A stretch of 64,000 nucleotides of DNA, from NCBI GenBank assembly GCA_964016885.1, contig OZ024742.1:143468001-143532000 (forward strand). The letters are read 5' to 3'. Of the stretch, positions 26,007-38,765 are shown in pieces (position 1 is the first letter of the stretch; every line of letters begins with the position of its first letter). Both the position numbers and the translations under genes were made by a program. The notes below the pieces were generated by a model. The model was not told where the DNA came from and did no database searches. It saw only the letters and a program-made list of their open reading frames with translations. This DNA is from Eledone cirrhosa (Eukaryota).

Positions 26007-29000
26007 TTACAGACACATACTCAGAGAAGGCCCATTCATTCGGGCCATACTTGCTTCTCTCACCCATCTTTCAACAAAATGCTGGGAAGAGAGCACTTCC
26101 CTCTCTACCCTGATTTTCCTTTTCAAATGAAATTTGAAAAAGTTAATCAGGGCATCACCGAAGAGGTAAGTGCTCGTCTTCAGCCCTTTCAAACGTGTCC
26201 ACCATACTATCTCTTTCGCCATGGCCACCAGACAGATAAAAACTGCCTGCCCTTCCAGGTTAAAGGAAGGGGGCGGGGCAATCCTCACGATGGACTCAGC
26301 TGATAGCTGGATCCGTCCTACACGTGACAGCAGGTGTTCGACATAAACCCACAAGTCAGCAATGCTCGGACACTGGACGAGTGCGTGCAGGACGGTTTCG
26401 TCGCCCTGCGCGCATCTCGGACATGCCCGGCTGACGGCACCTCCATGCCTGTAGAGTTTATCCCGAACTGGCAAAGCTCCTCGGTAGCACTGCCAGGCCA
26501 GGGATTTCTGGAAGTTGTCCATAGGCCCCGGCCCGAAAGTCCTTCCGAAGAGATTGGCTAGTTGATTTTCGTCGACGCCTAGAGTTTCTCCAAGTACGTC
26601 GTCGCTCTTCCCCTCCACTAATCCCCTATAGAACGCCAAGGTGGAGTTTCCACCGATCACATTGCCCGATTGGTCGAGGGCTGTGAGCGCCTGAAGACAT
26701 TCCAGTCTCCAAGCGCTCCCTCTCGGTCTTCGCTTGACCCAGGACTGCAGCTCCGTCAAGGAGACGAGCTGGGTAAAAACGTGTCTAGCAAACGGCGACC
26801 ACACCTGATCACCGTCGAGGAAGAGGTGGAGATGTCGTAGCCTGAGCGCGTGTCTGCGCATCATCAGCCACGGCATGCCCAGCCCTCCACGTAGCGGGTG
26901 TTGACAGCAGATGGACCGCCTGACCATCGGAGCGCGTCCCTTCCACAAGAAGCGAAAGAGCAAACGCTCCAGCGCAGTCAGGCGGGGCTTAGGACAAGGT
27001 ACGACGGTCAGGCGGTAGTAGATGATGGACGCGATGTACGCGTTAGCCACCTCCGCTCGACCTTTCAGGGATAGCTTCCTCTCGGCGCATTTCTGGGTGA
27101 GAGAAGCCACCCTGCTCGTCACCTCGTCCCAGTTTTTGTCCGTCTGGAGGTCTGGACCGAACCAGACCCCTAGCAATTTAACCGGTCCGTCTGTCCAGCG
27201 CCCGACGACGCTGTTGGACGGCATGGACCTGCCTCTCCAGGTGCCGAGCTGCAGGCCCACTGACTTTTCCTGGTTGATCATTGCTCCTGTCACAGCTTCG
27301 TATTCTCTTAGTGTAGTGCCGATCGCCTCGATGTGTTTGGCGTTCGACACCACTACGGTGACATCGTCGGCATATGCTGACACGTATCTTCCGCATCCTA
27401 GTTCGCGCGGAATCCCCCTCAACGTCTCCAGTTTGTGCAGTAATGGCTCGAGAGTCAATACGTACAATAGGGACGAGAGGGGACATCCTTGGCGGACCGA
27501 GCGCATGATGTTGAACGGTTCCGAAAGGTGACCGTTCACTCTCACTACAGAGCAGATGTTGCTGTGCATGGCAGCAATCCAGCCTCTGAAGACGGGCCCA
27601 AAGCCAGTCGCCCTCAGGACTGCCTCTAGGTAACGATGGTCGACCCTATCGAAGGCTTTCGACTGATCTAAATTGATCAAAGACCCACCCGTGCCAGGTT
27701 CCCTAGCTACCCTCTCTACGATGTATCGCATGAGGTGGAGGTTGTCGTGGATGGATCTGTCGGGAATGGCGCATGTCTGTGCCTCTCCCACCAGACCACC
27801 AACGACAAGCGCCAACCTCTTTGCTAGCACCTTGGCCAAAATCTTGAACTCTGTGTTTAGCAGAGTTATGGGCCTGAAATTATCTATGTTATCCCCCTTG
27901 TTCGGATCCTTTCTCAGCAGCGCCACCGCTCCTCGGCTCACAGAGCTGGGAATTCTCCCGTTCTGTTGCCAGTTGCAGTAGACGTCCGCCAAGAGGCCTC
28001 CGACCAAGTTTGGCATTTGTACGTAAAGTTCATAGGGCAGACCATCCAAACCAGGAGATTTACCCCTTGTGCAACTAGTCATTGCATCCCGTACTTCAGC
28101 GGTTGTTATCGGCTTTTCGCTACACTCCGCCTCAGTGGCCGAAAGCCGCGGCAGTCCTTCGAGGTAGACACTAAAGTCCATCCCTCGATCCGGCTCGCCG
28201 CTGCCCCCGATCAGTTGAGTGAAGTGTCGCTGAAAAGCTTCACACATTTGCCCGGGATCGAGTAGCATGCGCCCGTTGTGGTCCACCAAAGACCGGATCG
28301 TGGCTTTGTTGCCACGACGCGCCTCCGCCACTCGGGACCATTGAACGGCTTTCGTCCCCTCGTGTCTGAGAGCACGCACCCTAGCTCTGACAACGCAGCC
28401 TTCGTGCTTTGCATTGAAGAATTGGTCAAGGGCCAATTTCGCCGCAAGTACGTCGGTCGCGATGCCTTTGCTAAGCGCCTCATCTAATTTTCTAACTAGT
28501 TCTCCCTCTGCTCTATTTTTCTCTATTGCTAAAGTCTTACTAATCCTAATGGACTCTATTCTAATTGCTCTTTTCAGAGCAAACCACCACTTGTTGTTGA
28601 CGATGGCCCCCGTCAACGCCCGCTTAACTAGTTCGCTAATCCGGTCTCTGTAGGCCTTGCGCGCTGGTAAGGACGCGTTTAGCTTCCAGTAGCCAGGTCC
28701 TCGCCTATGAAGCCTATCTAAGTCAAGCACAGAGATCACGAATTTGTGGTCCGTGTAGCTGACTATCTTGAATTGTGGACAGCCTATGCTAGACCTATCT
28801 ATTTCCCTACAAAATACTCTATCTAGATATGATCTGGATGACCCGATGCGATTTGTCCAAGTCCACATTGGTACATTCGGGAAATCCATTCGGTACCTGT
28901 CAGACAGTTCAAAACGTCTGAGCAGGTTGGTGAGACTCTTGCACCCTCCTACCCTATCCACTAATCCCACACAATCCCAGCGTGCATCTAAGATCCCGTT

Positions 29001-29426
29001 CCAGTCGCCCACTAACACTAAAGAGCGGGACGTTCCAAGAAAGGTCTCCAGACGCCGGAAGAAATCAGGCCGCCCTGCTCCTGTCGGGGCATAGACGGCC
29101 ACTAACCTGAAAGCTTGCCCGTCTCCGCTGGTCACGTCCAGCACCACCAACTTACCTTCTGGGTTCAGGAAGATGGCCCGTATGGCAAGATCCAAACCTC
29201 TCCGAAAAATCACAGCAACTCCTCCCCCCGATCTCGGACGGCTGGGAGATGCGTACACATCGTAGCCGCCGAAGATCGGTGCGAAAGCCTGTGCTTCGGA
29301 GATTCTGGTCTCGCTGATGGCCACTACATCTATGTTTAGTGACCTGAGGTCGTTGAGCAGGTGGCCCTGCTTCCATGACGACCCATAGCCACGCGCATTT
29401 ATGCTGCCTATTCTGAGTGAGGTCAT
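26007..29426 (-). CDS. Tx1-like ORF2, intact 1139 aa: AP endonuclease + reverse transcriptase + C-terminal zinc finger
   Basis: SINARG, ISET, VYAP, GDWN, SYLDR, TDH; WKLN; KSPGLDGL, FRPITLLN, DQSKAFDRV, VRQGCPLS, AYADD; CPRC..ETVLHALVQC. Confidence 0.96.
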   Translation of the reverse strand: MTSLRIGSINARGYGSSWKQGHLLNDLRSLNIDVVAISETRISEAQAFAPIFGGYDVYASPSRPRSGGGVAVIFRRGLDLAIRAIFLNPEGKLVVLDVTSGDGQAFRLVAVYAPTGAGRPDFFRRLETFLGTSRSLVLVGDWNGILDARWDCVGLVDRVGGCKSLTNLLRRFELSDRYRMDFPNVPMWTWTNRIGSSRSYLDRVFCREIDRSSIGCPQFKIVSYTDHKFVISVLDLDRLHRRGPGYWKLNASLPARKAYRDRISELVKRALTGAIVNNKWWFALKRAIRIESIRISKTLAIEKNRAEGELVRKLDEALSKGIATDVLAAKLALDQFFNAKHEGCVVRARVRALRHEGTKAVQWSRVAEARRGNKATIRSLVDHNGRMLLDPGQMCEAFQRHFTQLIGGSGEPDRGMDFSVYLEGLPRLSATEAECSEKPITTAEVRDAMTSCTRGKSPGLDGLPYELYVQMPNLVGGLLADVYCNWQQNGRIPSSVSRGAVALLRKDPNKGDNIDNFRPITLLNTEFKILAKVLAKRLALVVGGLVGEAQTCAIPDRSIHDNLHLMRYIVERVAREPGTGGSLINLDQSKAFDRVDHRYLEAVLRATGFGPVFRGWIAAMHSNICSVVRVNGHLSEPFNIMRSVRQGCPLSSLLYVLTLEPLLHKLETLRGIPRELGCGRYVSAYADDVTVVVSNAKHIEAIGTTLREYEAVTGAMINQEKSVGLQLGTWRGRSMPSNSVVGRWTDGPVKLLGVWFGPDLQTDKNWDEVTSRVASLTQKCAERKLSLKGRAEVANAYIASIIYYRLTVVPCPKPRLTALERLLFRFLWKGRAPMVRRSICCQHPLRGGLGMPWLMMRRHALRLRHLHLFLDGDQVWSPFARHVFTQLVSLTELQSWVKRRPRGSAWRLECLQALTALDQSGNVIGGNSTLAFYRGLVEGKSDDVLGETLGVDENQLANLFGRTFGPGPMDNFQKSLAWQCYRGALPVRDKLYRHGGAVSRACPRCAQGDETVLHALVQCPSIADLWVYVEHLLSRVGRIQLSAESIVRIAPPPSFNLEGQAVFICLVAMAKEIVWWTRLKGLKTSTYLFGDALINFFKFHLKRKIRVEREVLSSQHFVERWVREASMARMNGPSLSMCL

Positions 29427-29460
29427 GTTGAAAAGGAGTGGAAAAGATGGGAAAGACCAC

Positions 29461-31454
29461 TTACCTTACTTCTCGTAGTGGAAGGACGGTTTTTCCATCC
29501 TTTTCACTGCTTGTGGCCTCCTCAGGAAGGATGTCCTTATAAATCCTCCTGGAGAGTGCTTGTCGGAAGTCTCCGATGTCTTTGGGGAATTTTTGTTTTA
29601 GTGTCATGTACGTTTTCTGTGTGATGCGAGTGATTTGTATGTGTGGAGGTGGTGTGAATTTTGGGGTTGTTGTGTAGTCTTTTTCTGTGATACTGGTGTT
29701 GTGTTGGATGTAGTGTAATAATTGCTTGTTGTTCAAATTTAATGCTGTGTAGTGTGTATCGTTTTGGTTGTTTTGTTTTGTTTGCGTTTGTTGTGGGTTT
29801 GTTTCTGTTTCGCATTTTGGTGACTTTTGTGGTGTAGGTGATGGTGGTGTTGGGGTTAATGATGGTGATGGTGTTGGTGTTTGGCTTGATGGGGTTGGTG
29901 ATGCTGGTGTGGATGGTGGTATATCTGTCCTAACTTTTTTGTTTCTTAATTTATTTGTTTCCCTCTGTATTTTGTTTTTGGAGGGGGAAGGAGGAGAATT
30001 TTTTCTTTTTTGGTTTCTTTTTTTTTCCGGATATCGTTTCCCACTCCTCGTCGTCACAATCTGTCTCCAGTTGTGATAGGCCGGGGAGTGGAAAATCCTC
30101 CACAGGCGTTAGTTTTGGTTGTGGCGTGGTGGATGGTGTAGGCGCTGGTGCTAGTTCTGAAGCGTTGGGTGGTGGTGGTGTTGGTTTTGCTGGTGGTGGT
30201 GGTGGTGTTGGTTTTGCTACTGTTGCTGGGGTTGTTGCTGTTACAGTTGCTTCTGTTGTTGCTGCTACAGTTGTTGCTGCCATCTCTGCTACTGGTGGTG
30301 TTGATGGTTGTGTCACTGGGTGGGTAGGAGAGGTGGCCTCAACCTTTTAGCCTGAGGGCAGAAAGCCCTTAGGTGGGTTCCTTCACCACAAACGACACAC
30401 CTAGGTCTTCTGCCCTCGAAAATTACCGTGAGGTGGCTGTCGTCAGTGAGGTCTATTACCTCTGGGATCTCCTCAATGCTTTTTTGGTCCGCTTGGATCA
30501 GGAGCTCCATCCCAGATCCGGACCAGTTCTCCTGCTTTTCTTTTGCTATTGCTATTATTTTTGTGTTGGCTTCGATGCCGGCGAGGACGGCCGCTATTAG
30601 CCAGGGAATTTCGATGGCCGGTGGAACGTGGGTCACCCTGATCTTTACGAGTCTCTGGCCACAATAGCTTGGGACGAGTGTGAAGTCGTCACTTCTTAAT
30701 GGGGCCATGGAGTGTTCTCTAGCCTCCTCTGGTGTTTCAAAGAACACGTCCACGGTTCCATACTTTTGCCCACGTCTGATGTGGGTTTTTCTTGCCCACA
30801 CATGTCCCAAAAGCTTTTTGGATTTGGGACTCGGATGCCCGTTCCACTCGGCGCGATTTTACATTTATTGTTCTATACGACACGGTGCATAGGCGCTGAT
30901 GCTCCATTTTATTAGGTGGGGGGGGGGGGGCTGACCCTGTACCCATCTTTCTTTACCATTTGTTTGGCATTTTCTAAATCCTCCTGAGTTACCGTAAATG
31001 CTTCGAACTGTTTTGCTACTCTGGCGAAACTGAGGGTCGGTTTTATAATGTCATTGTTGTTGTTGTTGCTATCGTTATTTGTGTTAATATTAATTTTAGT
31101 TTCAGTTGTGATGGTGGTGACGTCAGTCGTCTTTGGTGGGGAAGAGTCCATTTTGCTTGATTTCATTTCGACATCACGTGTTAATTTATTTTTTTCTTCT
31201 TTTGTTTCTGTTGTCGCGGTGGTGGTGGGGGTGGTGGTTGTCGCGGTGGTGGTGGTGGTGGAGGCTTTAACACCTGCAGTCATTGGTAATAGCGGGAAAT
31301 GAATGTCTGCCTGAGACAAATTTAAAATATTGCTACTGCTTATATTTTTTTTTGTGTTGGCAAATGTAGTAACATTTACAATGGTGGTGTCGGTGTGAGG
31401 TGTTAATTTGTGAGGAAGGCTTTCAGCTGCTTGGTGCAGAGGTGAATTAGCCAT
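29461..31454 (-). pseudogene. Tx1-like ORF1 (RNA-binding region, CCHC knuckle, Pro/Thr-rich), split by ~4 frameshifts
   Basis: CVVCGEGTHLRAFC knuckle; colinear with copy 2; breaks mostly at homopolymer runs. Confidence 0.85.
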
Positions 31455-31661
31455 TTTTTTTCAAAGAAATTTTTGATAATAATAAAAGTTTAAATTTTGG
31501 GCACAAGGCCCCAATCTTTTTGGGTGTCCTTTTCGGAAAAGAATGTATGTGCGCTTATAAACAGTTAACAATAAAATTTTCCATAAATGACAATTTTTAA
31601 CAAACGGAAATAACAAACCTTTGCGGAGCTCACAATGATACGATTTACTACGTAGGTCGCC

Positions 31662-31709
<48 letters not shown>

Positions 31710-31710
<1 letters not shown>

Positions 31711-34700
31711 CTTTCTTTATTAACCACAAGGGTCTACATAAAGTAGACATTAAGGACAGTACAGGACAATACAGAGCGGTACAAATGGGCATTTCTGCGT
31801 GTAAAAAACAAGAAACAGAGGATGTAATAATAGAACAATGAAAAAATTCCCCAATAGGGGGGACAACTTCCGAGGGAAATTCGTGGAGAAAACCCATTAA
31901 AAAGCCACAGTGACCCTGACCACCAGGGTAAGTGCCCTCTCCCAGTTTTCCACCTTTAATTTACAGACACATACTCAGAGTAGGCCCATTCACTCGGGCC
32001 ATACTTGCTTCTCTCACCCATCTTTCAACAAAATGCTGGGAAGAGAGCACTTCCCTCTCTACCCTGATTTTCCTTTTCAAATGAAATTTGAAAAAGTTAT
32101 TCAGGGCATCACCGAAGAGGTAAGTGCTCGTCTTCAGCCCTTTCAAACGTGTCCACCAAACTATCTCTTTCGCAATGGTCACCAGACAGATAAAAACTAC
32201 CTGCCCTTCCCGGCTAAAGGAAGAGGGCGGGGCAATCATCACGATGGACTCAGCTGATAGCTGGATCCGTCCTAAACGCGACAGCAGGTGTTCGACATAA
32301 ACCCACAAGTCAGCAATGCTCGGACACTGGATGAGTACGTGCAGGATAGTTTCGTCGCCCTGCGTGCATCTCGGACATGCCCGGCTGACGGCACCTCCAT
32401 GCCTGTAGAGTTTATCCCGAACTGGCAAAGCTCCTCGGTAGCACTGCCAGGCCAGGCCAGGGATTTCTGGAAGTTGTCCATAGGCCCCGGCCCGAAAGTT
32501 CTTCCGAGGAGATTGGCTAGTTGATTTTCGTCCACGCCTAGAGTTTCCCCAAGTACATCGTCGCTCTCCCTCTCCACTAATCCTCTATAGAACGCCAAGG
32601 TGGAGTTTCCACCCATCACATTGCCCGATAGGTCGAGGGTTGTGAGCGCCTGAAGACATTCCAGTCTCCAAGCGCTCCCTCTCGGTCTTCGCTTGACCCA
32701 GGACTGCAGCTCTGTCAAGGAGACGAGCTGGGGAAAGACGCGTCTAGCAAACGGCGACCACACCTGATCACCGTCGAGGAAGAGGTGGAGATGTCGTAGC
32801 CTGAGCGCGTGTCTGCGCATCATCAGCCACGGCATGCCCAGCCCTCCACGTAGCGGGTGTTGAGAGCAGATGGACCGCCTGACCATCGGAGCGCGTCCCT
32901 TCCACAAAAAGCGAAAGAGCAAACGCTCCAGCGCAGTCAGGCGAGGCGTAGGACAATGTACGACGGTCAGGCGGTAGTAGATGACGGACGCAATGTACGC
33001 GTTAGCCACCTCCGCTCGACCTTTCATGGATAGCTTCCTCTGTACCAATTTCTGGGTGAGAGAAGCCACCCTGCTCGTCACCTCGTCCCAGTTTTTGTCC
33101 GTCTGGAGGTCCGAGTCAAACCAGACCCATAGCAACTTAACCGGTCTGTCTGTCCAGCGCCCAACGACGCTGTTGGACGGCATGGAACAGCCTCTCCAGG
33201 TGCCGAGCTGCAGGCCCACTGACTTTTCCTGGTTGAGCATTGCTCCTGTCACCGCTTCGTATTCTCTTAGTGTATTGTCGATCGTCTCGGTGTGTTTGGC
33301 GTTCGACACCACTACGGTGACATCGTCAGCATATGCTGACACGTATCTTCCGCATCCTAGTTCGCGCGGAACCCCCCTCAACGTCTCCAGTTTGTGCAGT
33401 AATGGCTCGAGAGTCAATACGTACAATAGGGACGAGAGGGGACATCTTTGGCGGACCGAGCGCATGATGTTGAACGGTTTCGAAAGGTAACCGTTCACTC
33501 TCACCACAGAGCAGATGTCGCTGTGCATGGCAGCGATCCAGCCTCTGAAGACGGGCCCAAAGCCAGCCGCCCTCAGGACTGCCGCTAGGTAACGATGGTC
33601 GACCCTATCGAAAGCTTTCGACTGATATAAATTGATCAAGGACCCACCCCTGACAGGTTCCCTAGCTACCCTCTCTACGATGTATCACATGAGGTGGAGG
33701 TTGTCGTGGATGGATCTGTCTGGAATGGCGCATGTCTGCGCCTCTTCCATCAGACCACCAACGACAAGCGCCAACCTCTTTGCAAGCACCCTGGCCAAAA
33801 TCTTGAACGCTGTGTTTAGCAGAGTTATGGGCGTGAAATTATCTATGTTACCCCCTGTTCGAATCCTTTCTCAGCAGCGCCACCGCTCCTCGGCTCACAG
33901 AGCTGGAATTCTCCCGTTCTGTTGCCAGTTGCAGTAGACGTCCGCCAAGAGGCCTCCGAACAAGTCTAGCATCTGTACGTAAAATTCATAGGGCATACCA
34001 TCCAAACCAGGCGATTTACCCCTTGTGCAGCCAGTCATTGCCTCCCGTACTTCAGCGGCTGTTATCAACTTTTCGCAACACTCCGCCTCAGTGGCCGAGA
34101 GCCGCGGCAGTCCTTCGAGGTAGACACTAAAGTCCATCCCTCGATCCGGCTCGCCGCTGCCCCCGAACAGCTGAGCGAAGTGTCTCTGAAAAGCTTCACA
34201 CATTTTCCCGGGATCGAGTAGCATGCGACTGTCGTGGTCCACCAAATACCGGATCGTGGCTTTGTTGCCACGACGCGCCTCCGCCACTCGGGACCATTGA
34301 ACGGCTTTCGTCCCTCGTGTCTGAGAGCACGCACCCTAGCTCTGACAACGCTGCCTTCGTGCTTTGCATTGAAGAATTGGTCAAGGGCCAATTTCGCCGC
34401 AAGTACGTCGGTCGCGATGCCTTTGCTAAGCGCCTCGTCTAATTTTCTAACTAGTTCTCCCTCTGCTCTATTTTTCTGTATAGCTAAAGCCTTACTAAAC
34501 CTAATGGACTCTATTCTAATCGCTCTTTTCAGAGCAAACCACCATCTGTTGTTGACGATGGCCCCCGTCAATGCCCGCTTAACTAGTTCGCTAATCCGGT
34601 CTCTGTAGGCCTTGCGCGCTGGTAAGGACGCGTTTAGCTTCCAGTAGCCGGGTCTTCGTCTATGAAGCCTATCTAAGTCAAGCACAGAGATCACGAATTT

Positions 34701-37586
34701 GTGGTCCGTGTAGATGACTATCTTGAATTGTGGACAGACTATGCTAGACCTATCTATTTCCCTACAAAACACTCAATCTAGATATGATCTGGATGACCCG
34801 ATGCGGTCTGTCCAAGTCCACATTGGCACATTCGGGAAATCCAATCGGTACCTGTCAGAGAGTTCAAAACGCCTGAGCAGGTTGGTGAGGATTTTATACC
34901 CTCCTCTCCTATCCGCTAATCCCACACAGTCCCAGCGTGCATCTAAGATCCCGTTCCAGTCGCCCACTAACACTAAAGAGCGGGACGTTCCAAGAAAGTT
35001 CTCCAGACGCCGGAAGAAAGCAGCCCGCCCTGCTCCTGTCGGGGCATAGACGGCCACTAGCCTGAAAGCTTGCCCATCTCCGCTGGTCACGTCCAGCACC
35101 ACCAACTTACCTTCTGGGTCCAGGAAGATGGCCCGTATGGCGAGATCCAAACCTCTCCGAAAAGGCACAGCAACTCCTCCCCTATCCAGGACGGCTGGGA
35201 GATGCGTAGACATCGTAGCCGCCGAAGATCGGTGCGAAGGCCCGTGCTTCGGAGATTCTGGTCTCGCTGATGGCCACTACATCTATGTTTAGTGACCTGA
35301 GGTCGTTGAGCAGGTGGCCCTGCTTCCATGAGGACCACAGGCCACGCGCATTTAAGCTGCCTATTCTGAGTGAGGTCATGTTGAAATGGAGAAGAAAAGA
35401 TGGGAAAGACCACATACCTTACTTCTCGTAGAGGAAGGATGGTTTTTCCATTCTTTTCACTGCTTGTGGCCTCCTTCGGAAGGATGTCCTTATAAATCCT
35501 CCTGGAGAGTGCTTGTCGGAAGTTTCCGATGTCTTTGGGGAATTTTTGTTTCAGAGTCGTGTACGTTTTCTGTGTGATGCGAGTTATTTGTATGTATGGA
35601 GGTGATATGAACTTTTGGGGTCTTGTGTAGTCTTTTTCTGTGATGCTGGTGTTGTGTTGGATGTAGTGTAATAATTGGTTGTTGTTCAAGTTTAATGCTG
35701 TGTAGTGTGTATCGTTTTGGTTGTTTTGTTTTGTTTGTGTTTGTTGTGGGTTTGTTTCTGTTTCGCTTTTTGGTGACTTTTGTGGTGTTGGTGATGGTGG
35801 TGTTGGGGTTAATGATGGTGATGGTGTTGGTGTTTGTGGTGATGGGGTTGGTGATGCTGGTGTGGATGGTGGCATATCTGTCTTAACTTTTTTGTTTGAT
35901 AGTTTATTTGTTTCTTTCTGTATTTTGTTTTTGGAGGGGGAAGGAAGAGGATTTTTTCTTTTTTGGCTTCTTTTTCTTTTTTTCTCTTATTCTGATACCG
36001 TTTCCCATTCCTCGTCTTCACAAGCTGTCTCCAGTTGCGATAGGTCGGGGAGTGGAAAATCTTTCACAGGCGTTGGTTTTGGTTGTGGTGTGGTGGATGG
36101 TGTAGGCGCTGGTGCTAGCTCTGGCGCGTTGGGTGGTGGTGGTGTTGGTTTTGCTACTGTTGCTGGGGTTGTTGCTGCTACAGTTGCTTCTGTTGTTGCT
36201 GCTACAGTTGTTGCTGCCATTTCTGCTGTTGGTGGTGTTGATGGTTGAGTCACTTGGGTGTCTAAGAGAGGTGGCCTCAACTTTTTAGCCTGAGAGCAGA
36301 AAGCCCTTAGGTGGGTTGCTTCACCACAAACGACACACCTAGGCCTTCTGCCCTCGACGATTACGGTGAGGTGGCTGCCGTCAGTGAGGTCTATTACCTC
36401 TGGGATCTCTTCAATGCTTTTTTGGTCCTCTTGGATCAGGAGCTCCATCCCAGATCCGGACCAGTTCTCCTGCTTTTCTTTTGCTATTTCTATTATCTTG
36501 GTGTTGGCCTCGATGGCGGCGAGGACGGCAGCCATTAGCCAGGGAATTTCGATGGCCGGTGGAACGTGGGCCACCCTGATCTTTACGAGTCTCTGGCCAC
36601 AATAGCTTGGGACGAGTGTGAAGTCGTCGCTTCTTAATGGGACCATGGAGTGCTCTCTGGCCTCCTGTGGTGTTCCAAAGAACACGTCCACGGTTCCATA
36701 TTTCTGCCCACGTCTGATGTGGGGTTTTTTCGCCCACACATGTCCCAAAGCTTTTTGGATTTGGGACTCGGATGCCCGTTCCACTCGGCGCAATTTTATG
36801 TTAATCGTCCGATAAGACACAGTACATAGGCGCCGAAGCTCCATTTTATTAAGTGGGGGGTGGGGCTGACCCTGTACCCATCTTTCTTTACCATTCTCTT
36901 GGCATCATCTAATTCCTCCTGAGTTACCTGGATTATTTCGCATTTTTTGGCTGCTTTGGCAAACGACACGGTGGTGATGATGTTTTTGTTGTTATTCTCA
37001 TTGTTGTTGTTGCTGTTGTTGTTATTGTTATTTTTGTTATTGTTATTTTTAGTTTCAGTTGTTGTGGTAGTGGCGTCAGTGGTGTTCGGTGTGGAAGAGT
37101 CGATTTTGGGTGAATCCATTTCGATGTCACGAGATATTAATTTATTTTTTCTTTTATTCTGTTGTAGCTGTGGTGGTGGTGGGGGTGGCGGCTTCAACAC
37201 CTGCAGTCATTGGTAATGGCGGGAAATGAATGTCTGCATGAGACAAATTTAAATTATTGCTACTGCTTATATTTTTAGTGTTGGCAAACGTAGTAATATT
37301 TACAATGGTGGTGTTGGTGTGAGGTGTTAGTTTGTGAGGAAGGCTGTCAGCCTGGTGTAGCTGTGAGTCGTCCATGTTTTTTTCAAACTAATTTTTTGTT
37401 TGATAATTATAAAAGTTTATATTTTGGGCTCAAGGCCCCAATCTTTGTCAGTGTCCTTTTCCGAAAGCAAATTATGTGACCTTATAAACACTTAACAACA
37501 AAAATTTTTCCATAAATGGCAATTTGAAACAACTGAAGACAACCTTTGCGGAGCTCACGATGTTACGATTTCCTACGTAGGTCGCC
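31710..37586 (-). mobile_element. Full-length Tx1-like LINE, copy 2 (ORF1 and ORF2 frameshifted), head-to-tail with copy 1
   Basis: Colinear with copy 1; (AAT)n at 31662-31709 and 37587-37693. Confidence 0.95.
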
Positions 37587-37592
37587 AATAAT

Positions 37593-37693
<101 letters not shown>

Positions 37694-38619
37694 GGGAAGA
37701 AGACGCACGTGGTGGATAGAAGGTCATGAAATCGCTCCCGTAAGTTTTTGATTTTTAACATATTTAAATCAATTGTGAAATAACAATTCTTAGTACAAAT
37801 GATACATAAAGCACCAGACTCAACTCTCAGAAAATTCGGATCCATAATATCCTGTTATATCGCTCAAATATTTAATTTTGTATTATACATTTTATATTTA
37901 AAAAAGAAAATGGTTATAAATGGAAGAAAACCCCCTCTGTCTACACTATATAGAACAGCCAAATAACAGCAATTTCACCAACACTACAAACTAGATACAC
38001 CACCTATCCCATCACCCCTCTGTGTACACTAAATACAACAGCCAGATAACGGCAATTTCACCACCACCACCACCACCAATCCCAGCATAATAATAATAAT
38101 TACTATTATTATTGTCTCAAGTTTTCACAAAATATTTAATTCCAATATTAAGTAAATATGTCAACACATATTAAACATACGCGACAAACCGCATAGATAC
38201 ACCGATCAAACAAACTACAGTCTATTCAACAAAACTCAGTAACGACAACGCCATCACTATAGTCACCGCTGCCACCACTCCATCCATTATTGCTACCACT
38301 ATCCCATCACCGCCGCCACCACTCCTTCATTGCTACCACCACTATTCCCCCATTACCTTCTGTTAACTTACGAAAGGGGAAGGTGGCGGTATCACTAGAC
38401 AATATTAATATTTAATTTTGGATCAGGAATGTTATAGTCGAAAAAGAGGAAAATGGCAAAATGCCTAAATAGCTAAATAGCTAAATGGCTAAGTGGACAG
38501 AGAAGATAATTTCACCACCAACACCACCACCACTACCACGCTAAAAACTCTGGTCAAGTTACCTCAACTTCTATTTCTACTTCAACTTCAACACCATCAC
38601 TACAGTACTACGATCACAT

Positions 38620-38765
38620 CACCACCACCACTGCCTCATTATCGCTACCACCGCTATTCTCTCCCACTACCTCCTGCTAAGTACTACTAGCACACCACCA
38701 CCACCACCACCACTGCCTCATTATCACTACCGCCGCTATTCTCTCCCACTACCTCCTGCTAAGAC
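38620..38765. repeat. Tandem duplication of a ~80-bp unit containing (CAC)n
   Basis: ccactgcctcattatc..ccgctattctctcccactacctcctgctaag occurs twice. Confidence 0.8.

Larger units (their letters stand above)
25764..31661 (-). mobile_element. Full-length L1/Tx1-clade LINE, copy 1, flanked by (AAT)n on both sides
   Basis: ORF1 + ORF2, 5' GGCGACCTACGTAG, 3' AATAAAGAAAAC-(ATT)n. Confidence 0.95.

Noticed and set aside
27022-34608. Antisense ORFs conserved between Tx1 copies
   Set aside because: Expected shadows of a GC-rich ORF2 in closely related copies
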